From Felis catus (taxonomy: Eukaryota): a stretch of 64,000 nt of DNA. Made by a program: the position numbers and the translations under genes. Location of the stretch: contig NC_058368.1 in NCBI RefSeq assembly GCF_018350175.1, positions 149,794,001-149,858,000 of the forward strand. The letters are read 5' to 3'. The notes below the pieces were generated by a model that did no database searches, was not told the DNA's origin, and saw only the letters and a list, made by a program, of their open reading frames with translations. Below, piece after piece: positions 40,209 to 52,670 of this stretch. Numbering within the stretch: position 1 is the first letter of the stretch; every line of letters starts with the position of its first letter.

Positions 40209-41179
40209 TGGCACCAGATTAGAGAATAAATTTTAGGAAATCTTGAACTTTTAAAATGTTCTTTGAGATACATTTCTGTTTGAGGAACTGGAAGAAGTTC
40301 AGCAAGTAAGGTTGTAAGTCTAGCCTAATTTGAAAGCATATATTTATTTCCATTTTTTTTTTCTGATAAGAATTGAATTTGTAAGGAATATTTTGAAAGT
40401 TTGAAGTATTCTCCTGTTTTTATATCTCTATATAACCATTTTTGGCCTGTACTTTTCCCTCTGCCTGTGACATCTTTGTCACCTTCTCAGTCGCTTTTTC
40501 TGAATCAGTTGCTACTCATCTTTTAAGTTTCCATTTGACCATCAGTTTTTTTTTTTTTTTTCCGGAAGTGTATACTAAAATCCTAACACTGATGTTTTAC
40601 TCCGTGCCCACATATTCTAGTACTTACTGGACCAGATATCAGTTGCTTGGTTTGTCTATATTCTCCACGAGATCATAAATTTCTCTGTCATGGTGTTCGG
40701 TGGTGTTCTCCCATGTAGCACAATGCTTGGCCGTAGTTTGTTGGAGATGGAGAATGCAATGTTAGACTAAAGTTGGCTTTTAACCTTCAGATTCAGTATT
40801 TTAAAGATATATCTTAAAGGTTAAGAAATGTTTTAGTTGCAATAGGTAGCCGCTAAATCATCATTACCTTCAAAGTTTTAGACTGACCATTGTGAAAATT
40901 GGAGAAACAATGTTTCCTTTTACATAAAGGATTGCTTTAAGGTGGTTTACAACTATGTTGCCTCAAGGTGTTGGACCAGGGGGCCGGCCACAAGTTATTT
41001 CCTTGCCCTGTTTTCCTACCATTATGACCCTATAGTTGTTAAGGTTCTAAGAAACATTCTGCAAGAATTGAGAGTTTTTGAGGCATGAAATTACATAGAT
41101 ATAACTGATTGAGCTTGGAGGCAGGAATTGATGTTAGCCTCCTCCTAGTAGGTATTAGGTATTGTGCTTTTTATGTTTG

Positions 41180-41458
41180 TTTTCTTCCTCCTTTCCTTGT
41201 CTTTCTTTTTTCTTCTCTTCTCTTCTCTCTCTTCCCTCTCCTCTCCTCTCCTCTCCTCTCCTCTCCTCTCCTCTCCTCTCCTCTCCTCTCCTCTCCTCTC
41301 CTCTCCTCTCCTCTCCTCTCCTCTCCTCTCCCCTCCCCTCCCCTCCCCTCCCCTCCCCTCCCCTCCCCTCCCCTCCCCTCCCCTCTCCTCCCCTCCCCTC
41401 CCCTCCCCTCTCCTCTTCTCTCTATCTCTCCCTTTCTCTCTCCCTCTCTCTCTCTCTT
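41180..41458. repeat. Polypyrimidine microsatellite (CTCTC)n then (CCCTC)n
   Basis: Direct reading; source of the SSPLL/SPPLP ORFs. Confidence 0.95.
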
Positions 41459-42961
41459 AAAACATGTTTGATTAGTTCAGAACATTTTTAGAGACAGTGT
41501 GGCTTTTTCTGCTCTTCATTGTCTGTTATCTACGGTGATGGGAGTTAAGGGTAATGAGAATGAGGCTATCCTGATTGAGTGCCTTTTATACACTTTTGTC
41601 TATGTAAGCATTATGTTGATACCCACCTTTCATATGTTAGTTGTTCAGCAGACTGAATTTTTGGATGAGTAGATCACATGGTAGTGCTTTTCTTTAGAAA
41701 TAGTTCCAAGAATTAAAACTCTTTTTATCCTGTAAGTATGTACTTGGAGCAAAATGAAATAGAATTTCTGCCCTTGGTTTGAGCTAATTTGGCTTGAGGT
41801 ATATAACTAACTACACCCACACATGTTATTTGCCTGAACACAAATATACTCAAGATACCTAGCACATAAGGATAAACATTACATATACCTAACATATACA
41901 TAAACATTTTTCCTCAAGTTTAAGTGATATATTTAGTCTGGGCAGGTATAATAAACCTGTTACATCTAGTGGTTGTTCAAATGAATTTACTAATGACCAA
42001 ATTTTACTCTCTCTGCATAGTGATATGAAAAAAGAGACCAAATAAAGTCACTTAGTATAAAGCATAATTACTTTCTCATTCACTTTAAAAAGTAGGTTTC
42101 TTTTCCTTCACCATCAGCTCAGACTTGGTGACTATAAGAATTCTGTTGAAAGGAAATATGAGGGCTTTAGGAGATGTATATTAGTTTTAGCAAATTTTTT
42201 GTTAGTATCTTACCATCTTGAAATAACTGATTTAATTTCAGGAAGGACAAAACATGTATAAGAAAATCTGATTAGCATCTTTGAGAATTACAGAAAAACT
42301 TTATGAGTTTGTGGTATGATCAGGCACACAGAATCCCAAGTGATGTAGGTGACAGAAGAGATTTCTTGGCAATTGGATATCTGCATACGTATTTCTCTGT
42401 AAGAACTTGGTGCCTGTCAGTGATATAATTAAGAGGAAGAGCATAGTGGAAAGTAAAAGTGATCTGGGAACTTCAGTTTAGTTTCCTTTTTAGAAGAAGG
42501 AAGTCTGTTGATGGTGACACTATTTAATTGTTTTCTAGTAGTAAAACAGTTTCCATTTAGGCTTGTCAAGTTAGTTTTAAGTAACTGTATAGTTTGAATG
42601 AAGTGTCTGTCCATATTCAGACCAGCTGGTTTTCTCGTTGCATAGGAAAATTGTATTATTTTTCCTGATCAGGAGAGACCAACTAAAGAGCACAAAGGCC
42701 CCTGTAAGACCCCTCAAAAGTCCTCCTCCAGTGTACAACGTGAGTCTATAAAAAGAATTCATGTCATTCCAAATTTGAAGGTAAAGTAATTCCTGCAGCT
42801 TGTCCAACTTGTCTCTTTTATGGTTGATTTTTTAAATATATAGTATCATCTTGGGTGTTATGATATTTTGGATAAACTGATTATGTAGTTTCTAATAAAA
42901 GGATATCAAGGGACTCTGTATCTGCCTGTTCATTTGTCAACTTTAAGAAAGGAAACAAACA

Positions 42962-43125
42962 GGGCACCTGGGCAGCTCAGTCAGTTAAGTGTCCGACTTC
43001 AGCCCAGGTCATGATCTCATGGCTTGTGAGTTTGAGCCCCTCATTGGGCTCTGTGCTGACAGCTCAGAGCCTGGAGCCTGCTTTGGATTCTGTGTCTGCC
43101 TCTCTCTCCGTCCCTCCCTGCTTGT

Positions 43126-43192
<67 letters not shown>

Positions 43193-43213
43193 AATAAACA
43201 TTAAAAAGAAAAA
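42962..43213 (+). mobile_element. Can-SINE, sense, long (CT)n
   Basis: gggcacctgggcagctcagtcagttaag...; TSD aaaggaaacaaa. Confidence 0.9.
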
Positions 43214-43500
43214 AGGAAACAAAACAAATGAACATAGGGCAGGGGATGGGGTGGAGGAAGAGATCAAACCAACAGACAGACTCTTAATTATAGAGAACAA
43301 ACTGATGATTGCCAGAGGGGAGGTGTGTGTGTGGGGGGGGGGGGGGGAATGGGTTAAATGGGTGATGGGCATTAAGGAGGGCATTTGTGGTGATGAGCAC
43401 TGGGTGTTATGTGTAACTGATGAATCACTAAATTCTACTTCTGAAACAAAAACTACACTATATGTTGACTAACTGGAATTTAAATAAAAACTTGGGAAAA
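43214..43500 (+). mobile_element. Carnivore L1 3'UTR fragment
   Basis: agagaacaaactgatg...atgggcattaaggagggca...gatgaatcactaaattctac...ggaatttaaataaaaactt. Confidence 0.8.
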
Positions 43501-44074
43501 AGAATAGATTTCTTAACAAAAAAATTGTGAAGCTAGCTGAGAAAAAAATACTTTTTAAATTTCCTGTTTTCCCTACCTCCTTAAAAAAAAAGAGAGAGGG
43601 GCAGTTTACTTTTAAATAGGAGAACATTAGATATTTTACTATTAAAGTGCTATATTAATAGGGAAATTTGTCATAGTATCTAATGCATACTGGCTTTGTC
43701 ATCCCTCCAAAGAATAGATCCACTTGAGAAAGAATGGAGCTATCTGAGGCCGTTCCAGAGTTGCCAGGAGAAATGGAAGAATTTCTAGTTTATGAATACA
43801 ATGGTACCTCCAGTCCCACTTAATGTATATGGTTCAGAAAAGGAATTTTGGGGAAAGAAATTTCCTCTTAAAGATGATACTTTAGCAGAAACAAAGACTG
43901 GTTTCTTCTTTTCCCAAAATTAGCTGGAAGGTGAACAAAACTGGAAAATAGGAAGGTAATTGGGGCTTAGGTGATCTACAGACTAATCATCCATTATGCC
44001 ACAGTCTTAAAATTTGACATTTTCATTGATGAAATTTGTATTAATCTTGTAGTTTTTACATGTATATATAGTTT

Positions 44075-44265
44075 TATATGTATTAATTCACTTAACAATA
44101 ATATCAAGCCAACCTCCTATGAAGTAGATACTGTTATTATATGCCTTTTATAGAGGAGAAAACTGAGGCTCAGAAATTAAGTCATTTGCCCATATTTGTA
44201 CAGCCAGGTGTCAAAGGTTCTATTCAAACAGAAGCACCATGGCTCCAGTCTTTAATCATTATGCA
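44075..44265 (-). mobile_element. MIR
   Basis: ttttatagaggagaaaactgaggctcagaaattaagtcatttgccca. Confidence 0.8.
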
Positions 44266-45889
44266 ATTATAGCCTGTGTAGCAGTTTTTCATTTTTATAT
44301 ATTTTTAGAGGAATTTAGGACAAATACTTAATTTATTCTAAGGTTGAGATGGAGATTGTTTCCATATTTCACAAATGATGGTAAAGGGGTGCAAAATGGA
44401 GAGGCTGGACTTGACCCTAGTCATGGACGTTTCTGGTAAGTCTTCATCTCACCACTTGGTTTCATCTCTTTTGAAGACATTTAGGAAACGTCAGTGTAGC
44501 CATCCTTCTTTCAGTTCTGTCATACTAAATTATTTTCATATTCTTTTTAGACCTAGTTAGCAATCCTCAAAGATCAGAACTTTCTTATTATGGACATTAA
44601 AGAAGAAATTTTCGTCACATTTTTTCCAACATTATGGTTTATGATTTGACACTTCTTCCTTTATTTAACAAATGCTTTTAAAATTAATATTACTCTGTGC
44701 CACGTACATTCTGTGAGTAAAAATTGCCATAAATGTAATAAGCACAGTAACAAATTTACCTTAGATAATGCCACCCATAGATACTTGGTAATTTCCTGTT
44801 ACACTCAGAAAGAATATCCTCATATCCAATACAACATCAGTTAATACTTAGGTGTTCGAGATACTCTAGCCTCAGTTGCATTTCTTGTATTTGGTGTTTT
44901 TTTTTTTAACTTCTTTGAAAACAATCACCAACCAGCAAAACTACTCTTAACAAGGTACAAGACTTTGATTGTAAATGAATAGTGGGGATGATTAAAGAGA
45001 TTTTTTTATTTCTTTGTAATGTTACTGTAACTATGTGTACAGTTAGGAAGTGTAGCATTTTTGTTAAATTGAATCTTTAATGTCTACTAGGGACATATCT
45101 CCTGTAGGAGAGTGTCATATCTTTGGTATGGGGGTATGTTTTGAGAAGCCATATTCCACATTATTTTTTATATAAAATGAATTTTACTACAAATTTCAGA
45201 AAGTTAAAGTATTTTCAGCTTTTTTTTTTTTTTTGCTCCTGGGGTTAAATAGAATCTGAAATGATTCTCTGTGAGAAGTTGCCAACCTAAGTATTCTGAA
45301 TCTCCTGATAGGTGAAATTTTTATGTTTATCAAAAAGGTCCTGGGTTCAAAAGGGGTTGAAAGACACTGTTTTAAAGACCCAAGGACTACTGCTCATTAG
45401 ATATAGTAATTTAGGTGCTATAACTCTGTGAAGTATTTCAGTCAAATCCTATCACGCTGGATTTGTGATCTACTTATAAAATATTTGTTTTAGCTACATG
45501 TCATGATGCTATCTGCAATTACAATACAATTATTATTTTACCTAGTATGATACTGATTTTTTTTGGCTTCCAGGTTTTTACAGTTTAATTAAAGTACTTT
45601 TTATGCTTCAATAGTAGCTTTAAAATTGCTTGCAGATATATTTAAAATATTGTTATGATACACCTTGATAATTTGAAATAAATAATAAAGATAATTCAAG
45701 AAAGTCTAAGTTTTGATTAAGATAATTCTTTTTTTTTTTTTTTTTTTTTTTTTTTTGTAGAACAGCCAGAGATTTTTAACAGTGGAATTTCAAAACTTTT
45801 AAAAAAGGATCAGACTCAACTACATGTGTGCTCATCCAGCCTATTACTGGATAACCTAATTTGTAATCATAAACAATAATTGACAGGTG

Positions 45890-46120
45890 TTTTTTTTTTT
45901 TTACTATAGTTGACACACAATGTTGTATTACTTTCAGGTGTACAACATAGTGATTTGACAAGTTTATGCATTATGCTATGTTCACTACAAATGTAGGTAC
46001 CATCTGTCATCATACATTGCTATTACAGTATCATTGACTGTTATGCTGTGATTTTTGTTCCTGTGACTTACTCATTCCATAAATGGAAGTCTGTATCTCC
46101 CACTCTTCTTCACTCATTTT
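45890..46120 (-). mobile_element. L1 3' end fragment (L1MA9/carnivore type)
   Basis: tagttgacacacaatgtt..caggtgtacaacatagtgat..taccatctgtca; homologous to 59560-59870. Confidence 0.7.
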
Positions 46121-47960
46121 GTTTATTCATTTACAAATAAAAATAAAAAAAATAAATGTTTTACATCATGTATTTGAAGCTTAATGAGCTTTTGGCATAA
46201 AGGGAATTAGTAATATTCAAGAAACAAAGCTGTTTATTTAGAGTAATGTCTCTGTCTTAAACTGAATACCTGTGTTAATTCCAGAATCTGACAGCATAGA
46301 GGTAAAAACTAAAGATAACATATATATCTTTTATATATCAGTAAAGGATTTTATTCAAGTATTTATTATAAATTAGTAATTGTGTGACACCTCATGGCCT
46401 TGTGTATCATCTCATGGTGGGTTCAAAGATGAAAGATTAAATACAGTTTTTTAATCTTGATATTTTGGGTAAAACATAAGAGAAATTTCACAAATGTAAC
46501 ACACATAAAAGAGGGATTTTCCTTAAAATTGTTTTTAATTTTTGTGTGTTCAGTGAATAAATCTGTTCAGTGAATAAAGCTACACTGCTTTAGGTTATGT
46601 ACCAGTTTCATATTCTAAGGACATGTTACATGTATTTTCACAACTAAATAAATTTCTACATAAATTTTGTCCTGATCATGTATGGTTAAATTTTAACTCC
46701 TCAGGGAACTTTTAATCATCATTAGTCTAAACTTTTTAGATTAAAAAAAAAAAAAGCTGCAAGTTAAATTTACTTATTGATAGCCTCTAAGATAAAGAAG
46801 ATTAGAATTATAGAAGAATGCAGTGTTGATTGGTCTTTCCCTTCTTCCTCTAAACTAGCAGCTTTTTTTCCTAATAGGTTAAAATGAAGCTCCATGATTT
46901 TTTTCATTGTTTTATTTTAATTTTATGTACAGACTTCAATTAAATGGGTTGGTTTTTAGAAGAAAACTGACAATTATTTTGAGAATTTTTTTTTTTTCAT
47001 ATAAACTAATGAGTCAAGAACAGTAAGTTTTCATTATAGCAAGTTTACAAAAGCAGTCCTAGGACTATAATAGTTTTGACTGTTGATGTGAATGTTTTAT
47101 TGTCTTCCTCTGAGTGTCCAAGATAAGATTACAAGTATGAAGGTTGTACCATGGTCATGTGAAAATTCCAGTATGTTTCTAAGTATTCTTCTGTTTATAT
47201 CAGTCCATGAGACTTTTTTATAGGCATAAATTGGTAGCATGGATGATGCTACAGTCATTTGTTTAGATTATCTGGTAATATAGTTAGGTAGAATATATGT
47301 AAATTGAGAGTAGGAAAGTTAAAGGAACAATGGTGTTATTTATTTTCCACATGTTTGTTGAATAAATTTGAGGAATTAAGATCAGATGTGTGGTTATGGA
47401 GTAGATGATCTTAAGAACAAGGGGAATAATCAGCTTCATGTTGAAATGGGGAATTAGAGTAGCAGTCTTTAGATAGTATCATTCTGTTTTCCTGTTGTAC
47501 GGCACAGACATAAAGGGAATAAAGTTTTATTTTCTTACTGCGACTGTGTGCCTTGTTACATCAAATCTTGGTTCCTCAGTATATAGAGAGGTAGTAAATT
47601 AGTTGTTACCATTTGTCCATCTTACTCTTATTTTTTTAAATTAAGATTTGATTGTAATAAGTGTTTGTATCTTGACCAGGTAGACAATCCTGGAGGTAGA
47701 GAGATGGGCAGAAATGGAAGTGGTCGTATGTGAGATGATTAGTCCTGAGCTTATAGAACAAATTAAAAACTGAATAAATGAACTTTTTTGAGAGACAGAA
47801 AGTTAATAATGGAGTTAAAATTGGAATAACCGGTTCATAGTAAAAGGTAAATGTTTAAGTTACATGTAGGTATTTAAAACCTCTAGTAGTATGTTTTTCA
47901 ACTACCAATAATAATGTTCTGATTGCTATTTGTATTCTAATCTCACCTTTTTCCTCTTAG

Positions 47961-48113
47961 GTGGTATCATGGAAAACTTGACAGAACTATAGCAGAAGAG
48001 CGCCTCAGGCAGGCAGGGAAGTCTGGCAGCTACCTTATAAGAGAGAGTGATCGGAGGCCAGGCTCCTTTGTACTTTCATTCCTTAGCCACACAAATGTTG
48101 TCAACCATTTTAG
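47961..48113 (+). CDS. RASA1: RASA1 exon 2 (153 nt), N-SH2 first half: (Q)WYHGKLDRTIAEERLRQAGKSGSYLIRESDRRPGSFVLSFLSHTNVVNHF(R)
   Basis: Acceptor ttttcctcttag|G and donor AG|gtaagt. SH2 WYHG start and FLVR-equivalent YLIRES (Arg codon 48040-48042). Absent from the ORF track. Confidence 0.97.
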
Positions 48114-48687
48114 GTAAGTCTTTATTTCTCTTGGGAGACTGTATAATACAGTGATTTTTCTGTAGTGGTCTTAAATATATCTGCTTTAATAAAAGTGAAT
48201 GATTCGGCAATATTTAAATGATGGGAAAGTGATTTGTTTTCAGTTAAGTGATTGAAACGGATGATTATAGAGTAGATATTATTGAATGCTTGCATTTTTT
48301 GTTTAAAAACAGATTACTGGGCATTACTATGCTAATCTCAAATATAATTATCACTTTTAAAGTATAAAGAATTATAAAGAAACTTTGGTAAAGCAGAAAT
48401 AAAGGACAATATATTTTTAAATACAGAGTAACCACATTGAGGAAACAGTATTTAAAGAGTCAAGGTGTGTGCCCTTTAATTTATTTTACTTCATTGTTCT
48501 GAAATTCTTTGTAATCATTCATGTCAGTTAAAGGTATACAGATTTTTAAGCACAGATATCAAAGTCTGTATAAATATATGTACCTATATTGTCTTTAATT
48601 TCATTTTTATGGCAGACATTGGGAGAAAAGTCGTATAGTGCCTATACCATTAACTGATAAAATGGTTGTATACCCTTGACTTTTAGA

Positions 48688-48689
48688 TT

Positions 48690-48740
<51 letters not shown>

Positions 48741-48896
48741 TAAGTTTATTTATGAGAGACAGTGACAGCATGAACAGGGGAAGAACAGAGAGAGAGGAGT
48801 AGAGAGAGAATACCAAGCAGGCTCTGGGCTGTTAGTGCACAGCCCAACTCTAGGCTTGATCTCACAAATTGACTGAGTGAGCCACCCAGGCGCCCC
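48688..48896 (-). mobile_element. Can-SINE in intron 2 with (TTTA)n tail
   Basis: TSD ttttagatttta; internally deleted. Confidence 0.85.
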
Positions 48897-49362
48897 AATT
48901 TTTAGATTTTAAAATGAGTTTTCAAAGTACTTTATACCACACATAGAATGTGAAATTATTATAATTCTCTATAAATAAATGTAAATAGTTCTCTATAAAT
49001 ATTTGAAGAGTATATAAAGCTACCTTTAGCCAGAGAAAATTTATTAAAATTGCTATTCAGTCTTAAATATGAAAGGTGAGCAGAGGTATCTATAGTTAGA
49101 TTTATATTTATCACAGTAAATTATGTAATGGGTTTATAAGTCAGATAAATATTTTGTATCAAGTATATACATATATGTTTTTAGAAGAAATAACCTCAAG
49201 TAAATTTGCATTGGTGAAAATATGAATAAGTGATACTTTAAAACAGGATGTAGATAAAAGAGTATGAGAATTAGAGATTTAGAATTTCTAAATTTAGAAA
49301 TTGGTCTCCACGTTGGCTCTAAAGATTTTTTTATACTGTATTTTTTTTTCCTGTACAAATAG

Positions 49363-49498
49363 GATTATTGCTATGTGTGGCGATTACTACATTGGTGGAA
49401 GACGTTTTTCTTCACTGTCAGACCTAATAGGTTATTACAGTCATGTTTCCTGTTTGCTTAAAGGAGAAAAATTGCTTTATCCAGTTGCACCACCAGAG
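49363..49498 (+). CDS. RASA1: RASA1 exon 3 (136 nt): (R)IIAMCGDYYIGGRRFSSLSDLIGYYSHVSCLLKGEKLLYPVAPPE
   Basis: Acceptor ttttcctgtacaaatag|G. Donor is GAG|gcaagt (GC type), the only nearby boundary that keeps frame with exon 4. Overlaps ORF 49301-49513. Confidence 0.96.
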
Positions 49499-50139
49499 GC
49501 AAGTAAAACTTGAATAAAATATTTTTCAAAAATTTATTACTTCACTTTACTAATGAGGTTAGCTCTTGTTCAGTTTTTTATGGTGTTTATTATAATTCAA
49601 GAAATACTATATTAAATTTTAATTCTGTTGTATTAGCAAAACTGCCACCTTCTTTAAAAAAATAAAATAATTTTTCTGTAATTTTGTCTTTACGTTTCTA
49701 AATTTTTTTTTTTTACAATACTGTATGGTGATAGCTTAACAAATATTTTTAAAGGAATGAGGAGGAATCACTGATTGTATAGGGCTAATCCTGAAGTTGC
49801 CGTAAGATTCTGAAATGCCTTCTACCTCATTAGAAAAAGGCTAATTTATATTTTCTGTGTAGTTCATTTAAAATTAAATGGTTACTCCTATTACTTGATA
49901 CAAACATTGGTTATACAGTTAAAAGAATTTGTAAAAAAGCAGCAACAGAAACAAGACCAGCATTTCTAGGCTTTAGGTATTTATAGCCTGAGTAAAAAAT
50001 AGTTTGACTGATCCTGTGGTGTTCATAATGTGGATTTTTGTTGGTTTTAACTTTATGTGGACATAACCTGATTTGACTTTGACATGAAGAGATTATTTAT
50101 CTATTGTAAATCTTTTTTTTTTTTTTTTATGATTTCTAG

Positions 50140-50210
50140 CCAGTAGAAGATAGAAGGCGTGTTCGAGCCATTCTACCTTACACAAAAGTTCCAGACACTG
50201 ATGAAATAAG
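50140..50210 (+). CDS. RASA1: RASA1 exon 4 (71 nt), start of SH3: PVEDRRRVRAILPYTKVPDTDEI(S)
   Basis: T16 tract then gatttctag|CCA; donor AAG|gtattt; SH3 A-I-L-P-Y motif. Confidence 0.96.
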
Positions 50211-51124
50211 GTATTTTATAATGTATTCTCATTTATAGGCATTTGAAACAGGCATTTGACACACTTTGAAAACATTGCTCTTGGACTAGGAAGGTTTTGG
50301 AATTTGAGGAGATAGCATTGTAGCAGGATGAAGGTACCTTTAATATTGAGTTCATTGTTCCTGTACTCTTGTGTTTGGCTTATTTGTTCAGAATATGGAT
50401 TTGGATCAGAGTGGCCACAGTGAAGATGACAGAAATATTCAGCTAAATTATTAGACTATCTCTGACAAAGTAAAGATAATTGTTATATTCTGTACTCTCC
50501 TTTAATTTTTATTACTACATGGCATTTATATCTTAACTGTAATTTGTACTTAAATGATGACCAAACTTCTATTTTACATGATGGGTGAATAGTTTAAGTG
50601 TGGCATAGAACTACAGAACGTGATAATCTTTAGAAATTATTTTTATATAATTTGATTTATATATAATTTGTTTTATTATTTTTACATAAACTGATTTGTT
50701 ATATAATTTGATACTTATCAAATTATTAGTGTCTTTTTGTAAGCTGTTTAACTTTACAATAGAAAATTTATTTCTTGCTGGCAAAATGTTTACTGATTCT
50801 GAGTATACAGCTTCTCACTGAAATCAATAGCAGCATTTAAAATACAGCAATAACTTTGGGGCATAGTGAAATTTCTAAAAATAGGATAATTTAAAAAAGA
50901 TTCAAGTATCTGGAATTTCAAAATAAGGATTCCATTTTTATATGATTGTCCACAAAATAACTTCTCATTTAGTTTTTATTGGCGTACCTTTATTTGTGAT
51001 CTAAGCGGGAAAAGCAAATGAAAGAAAACGAAGGAAGGAGATGTATACAATAATGAAGAACAATGGTGAACTACAAATTCAGGAAGTTTGGATAACTTGT
51101 AAATTCCCAGTGAATCATCTAGAA

Positions 51125-51687
51125 CAGCAGTGCTCAGAGTGTGATCCATGTAACTTCGAGGATCCTTGAGATCCCTTTAGAGGGTTCACGAGAACCAAAC
51201 TGCTTTCTTAATAAGACTAAGATAAAATATACCCTTTCCACTGTGACATACATGTACACTGATGGTACAAGAGCAACGAGGAGAGCAGTAAATCTGTTAG
51301 GACCTTAGGACAGATTAAGGCAGGGGCACCACAGTGTATGGTGTTCTTCACTGCCACACACTTAGAGGTAAACAGTATCAACCAGTGTCCTCTACGGTTT
51401 TTCTTGGTGCAACTACAAAACGTATTTTATTAAATCTCAACCCTTTTAATATTCTGTATGATGACTATCTTTTTAATCTTCTCTGTGATGAAAACTGGTG
51501 TGATGAAATGGGAAGTATGCACAAAGTGCCTTGGCTGCGTGAGTGGAGCATTGAGTTGAGAGCTGAGGTAGCTTCTGCTTTTGTGTATACCACATATACT
51601 TAATAGAATGACTGACAGGCAAACTATGGTTATTCAGACTAGAGGATTTGACTTTTCTTTTCTTTTCTTTTCTTTTCTTTTCTTTTC

Positions 51688-51723
<36 letters not shown>

Positions 51724-52578
51724 GGTAAAGTGATTGTTTTATGTTACTTCAGGGGAAATAACTGGCAGTATTTATTGCCAATGACAAAATTTGAGCTTGG
51801 AATAAAAAAATGAGGATTTTAGAAACCCTGTATCTGCCATCAGGAGTTTGACAGCTTCCTAAATATAAATAGTTCATGATTTTTCTGATGAGATTGGTGG
51901 TGATATTAAAGAATGTGATGTTTTGATTGTGTAAAATGTATTTATGTCTGAAAGGTCTACATAGCTCAGTGAACCAATATTTTCTAAATAAACAATGCAC
52001 GCTGTTAAAGAATTCTGCCTGGGTAAAGATCCATTCAGAGTGCAAGATGGACAAATACATTTTACTGGAATGGGATACAGAAAGTTCTTGCTGCAGTTTT
52101 AGAGTCCACATTACAACTAGCCTTCAAGTACCACTTGCTGAGCTTTTGCTGTTACATCATAGAATATCTATAATTATGCAATCTCAAAGGCTATTAAAAT
52201 GCCCCTTTCATGACTACATATTTTTTGTGAGGCCAGATTTTTCTTCATATACTTCGGATAAAAAAAACATAAAGCAACAGATTGAATGTAGAAATAGGAG
52301 AACCGAGTAGTTTTCAGTTGAAACAGATGTTGAGATTTGCAAAAATGTGAAATAATACTGTCACTAACTTGTAAAAATATAATTTTTCATATTCTTTATG
52401 TTATATATAATGGGGTGTATTTTTTTTAAGAATTAGTAAATACTTTAAAACATTTATATTTTAAATATAATATGATAAATCTAAATGGGTAGAATTTATT
52501 TAAATCAAAGCCTTTTAGGTTGTCAGTTTTTAAGAGTATATGGGGCTCCTAAGAGAACCTCAAAACTGAGAACTACTG
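51125..52578 (+). mobile_element. Apparently complete Charlie1a-like hAT non-autonomous transposon
   Basis: TIRs cagcagtgctca / tgagaactactg; 8-bp TSD atctagaa (51117-24) / atctagga (52579-86) fitting the Charlie nTCTAGAn target. Confidence 0.85.
51652..51723. repeat. (TTTTC)n microsatellite plus poly-T inside Charlie
   Basis: Direct reading. Confidence 0.9.
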
Positions 52579-52619
52579 ATCTAGGAAGATGAAAATTTAA
52601 ACAAAAATTAGAATGTGCA

Positions 52620-52670
52620 CCCCAAGATCAAGAGTTGCGTGCTCCACCAACTGAGCCAGCCAGGTGCCCC
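52620..52670 (-). mobile_element. Can-SINE 5' fragment
   Basis: gatcaagagttgcgtgctccaccaactgagccagccaggtgcccc. Confidence 0.7.

Noticed and set aside
41109..41491. ORFs rich in SSPLL/SPPLP repeats
   Set aside because: Translations of the pentanucleotide microsatellite.
42989..43472. ORFs with ERERER/LSLSLS tracts (also at 13.5, 19.9, 26.3 and 38.5 kb)
   Set aside because: SINE (CT)n bodies and L1 3'UTR; not host genes.
1..47960. Alternative first exon of the short RASA1 isoform, or antisense CCNH distal exons recalled from human annotation
   Set aside because: No CpG island, promoter or matching exon could be identified by eye; needs transcript alignment.
51334..52310. ORFs inside the Charlie element as a possible domesticated transposase
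   Set aside because: Short, discontinuous and interrupted by a microsatellite; no intact hAT transposase.
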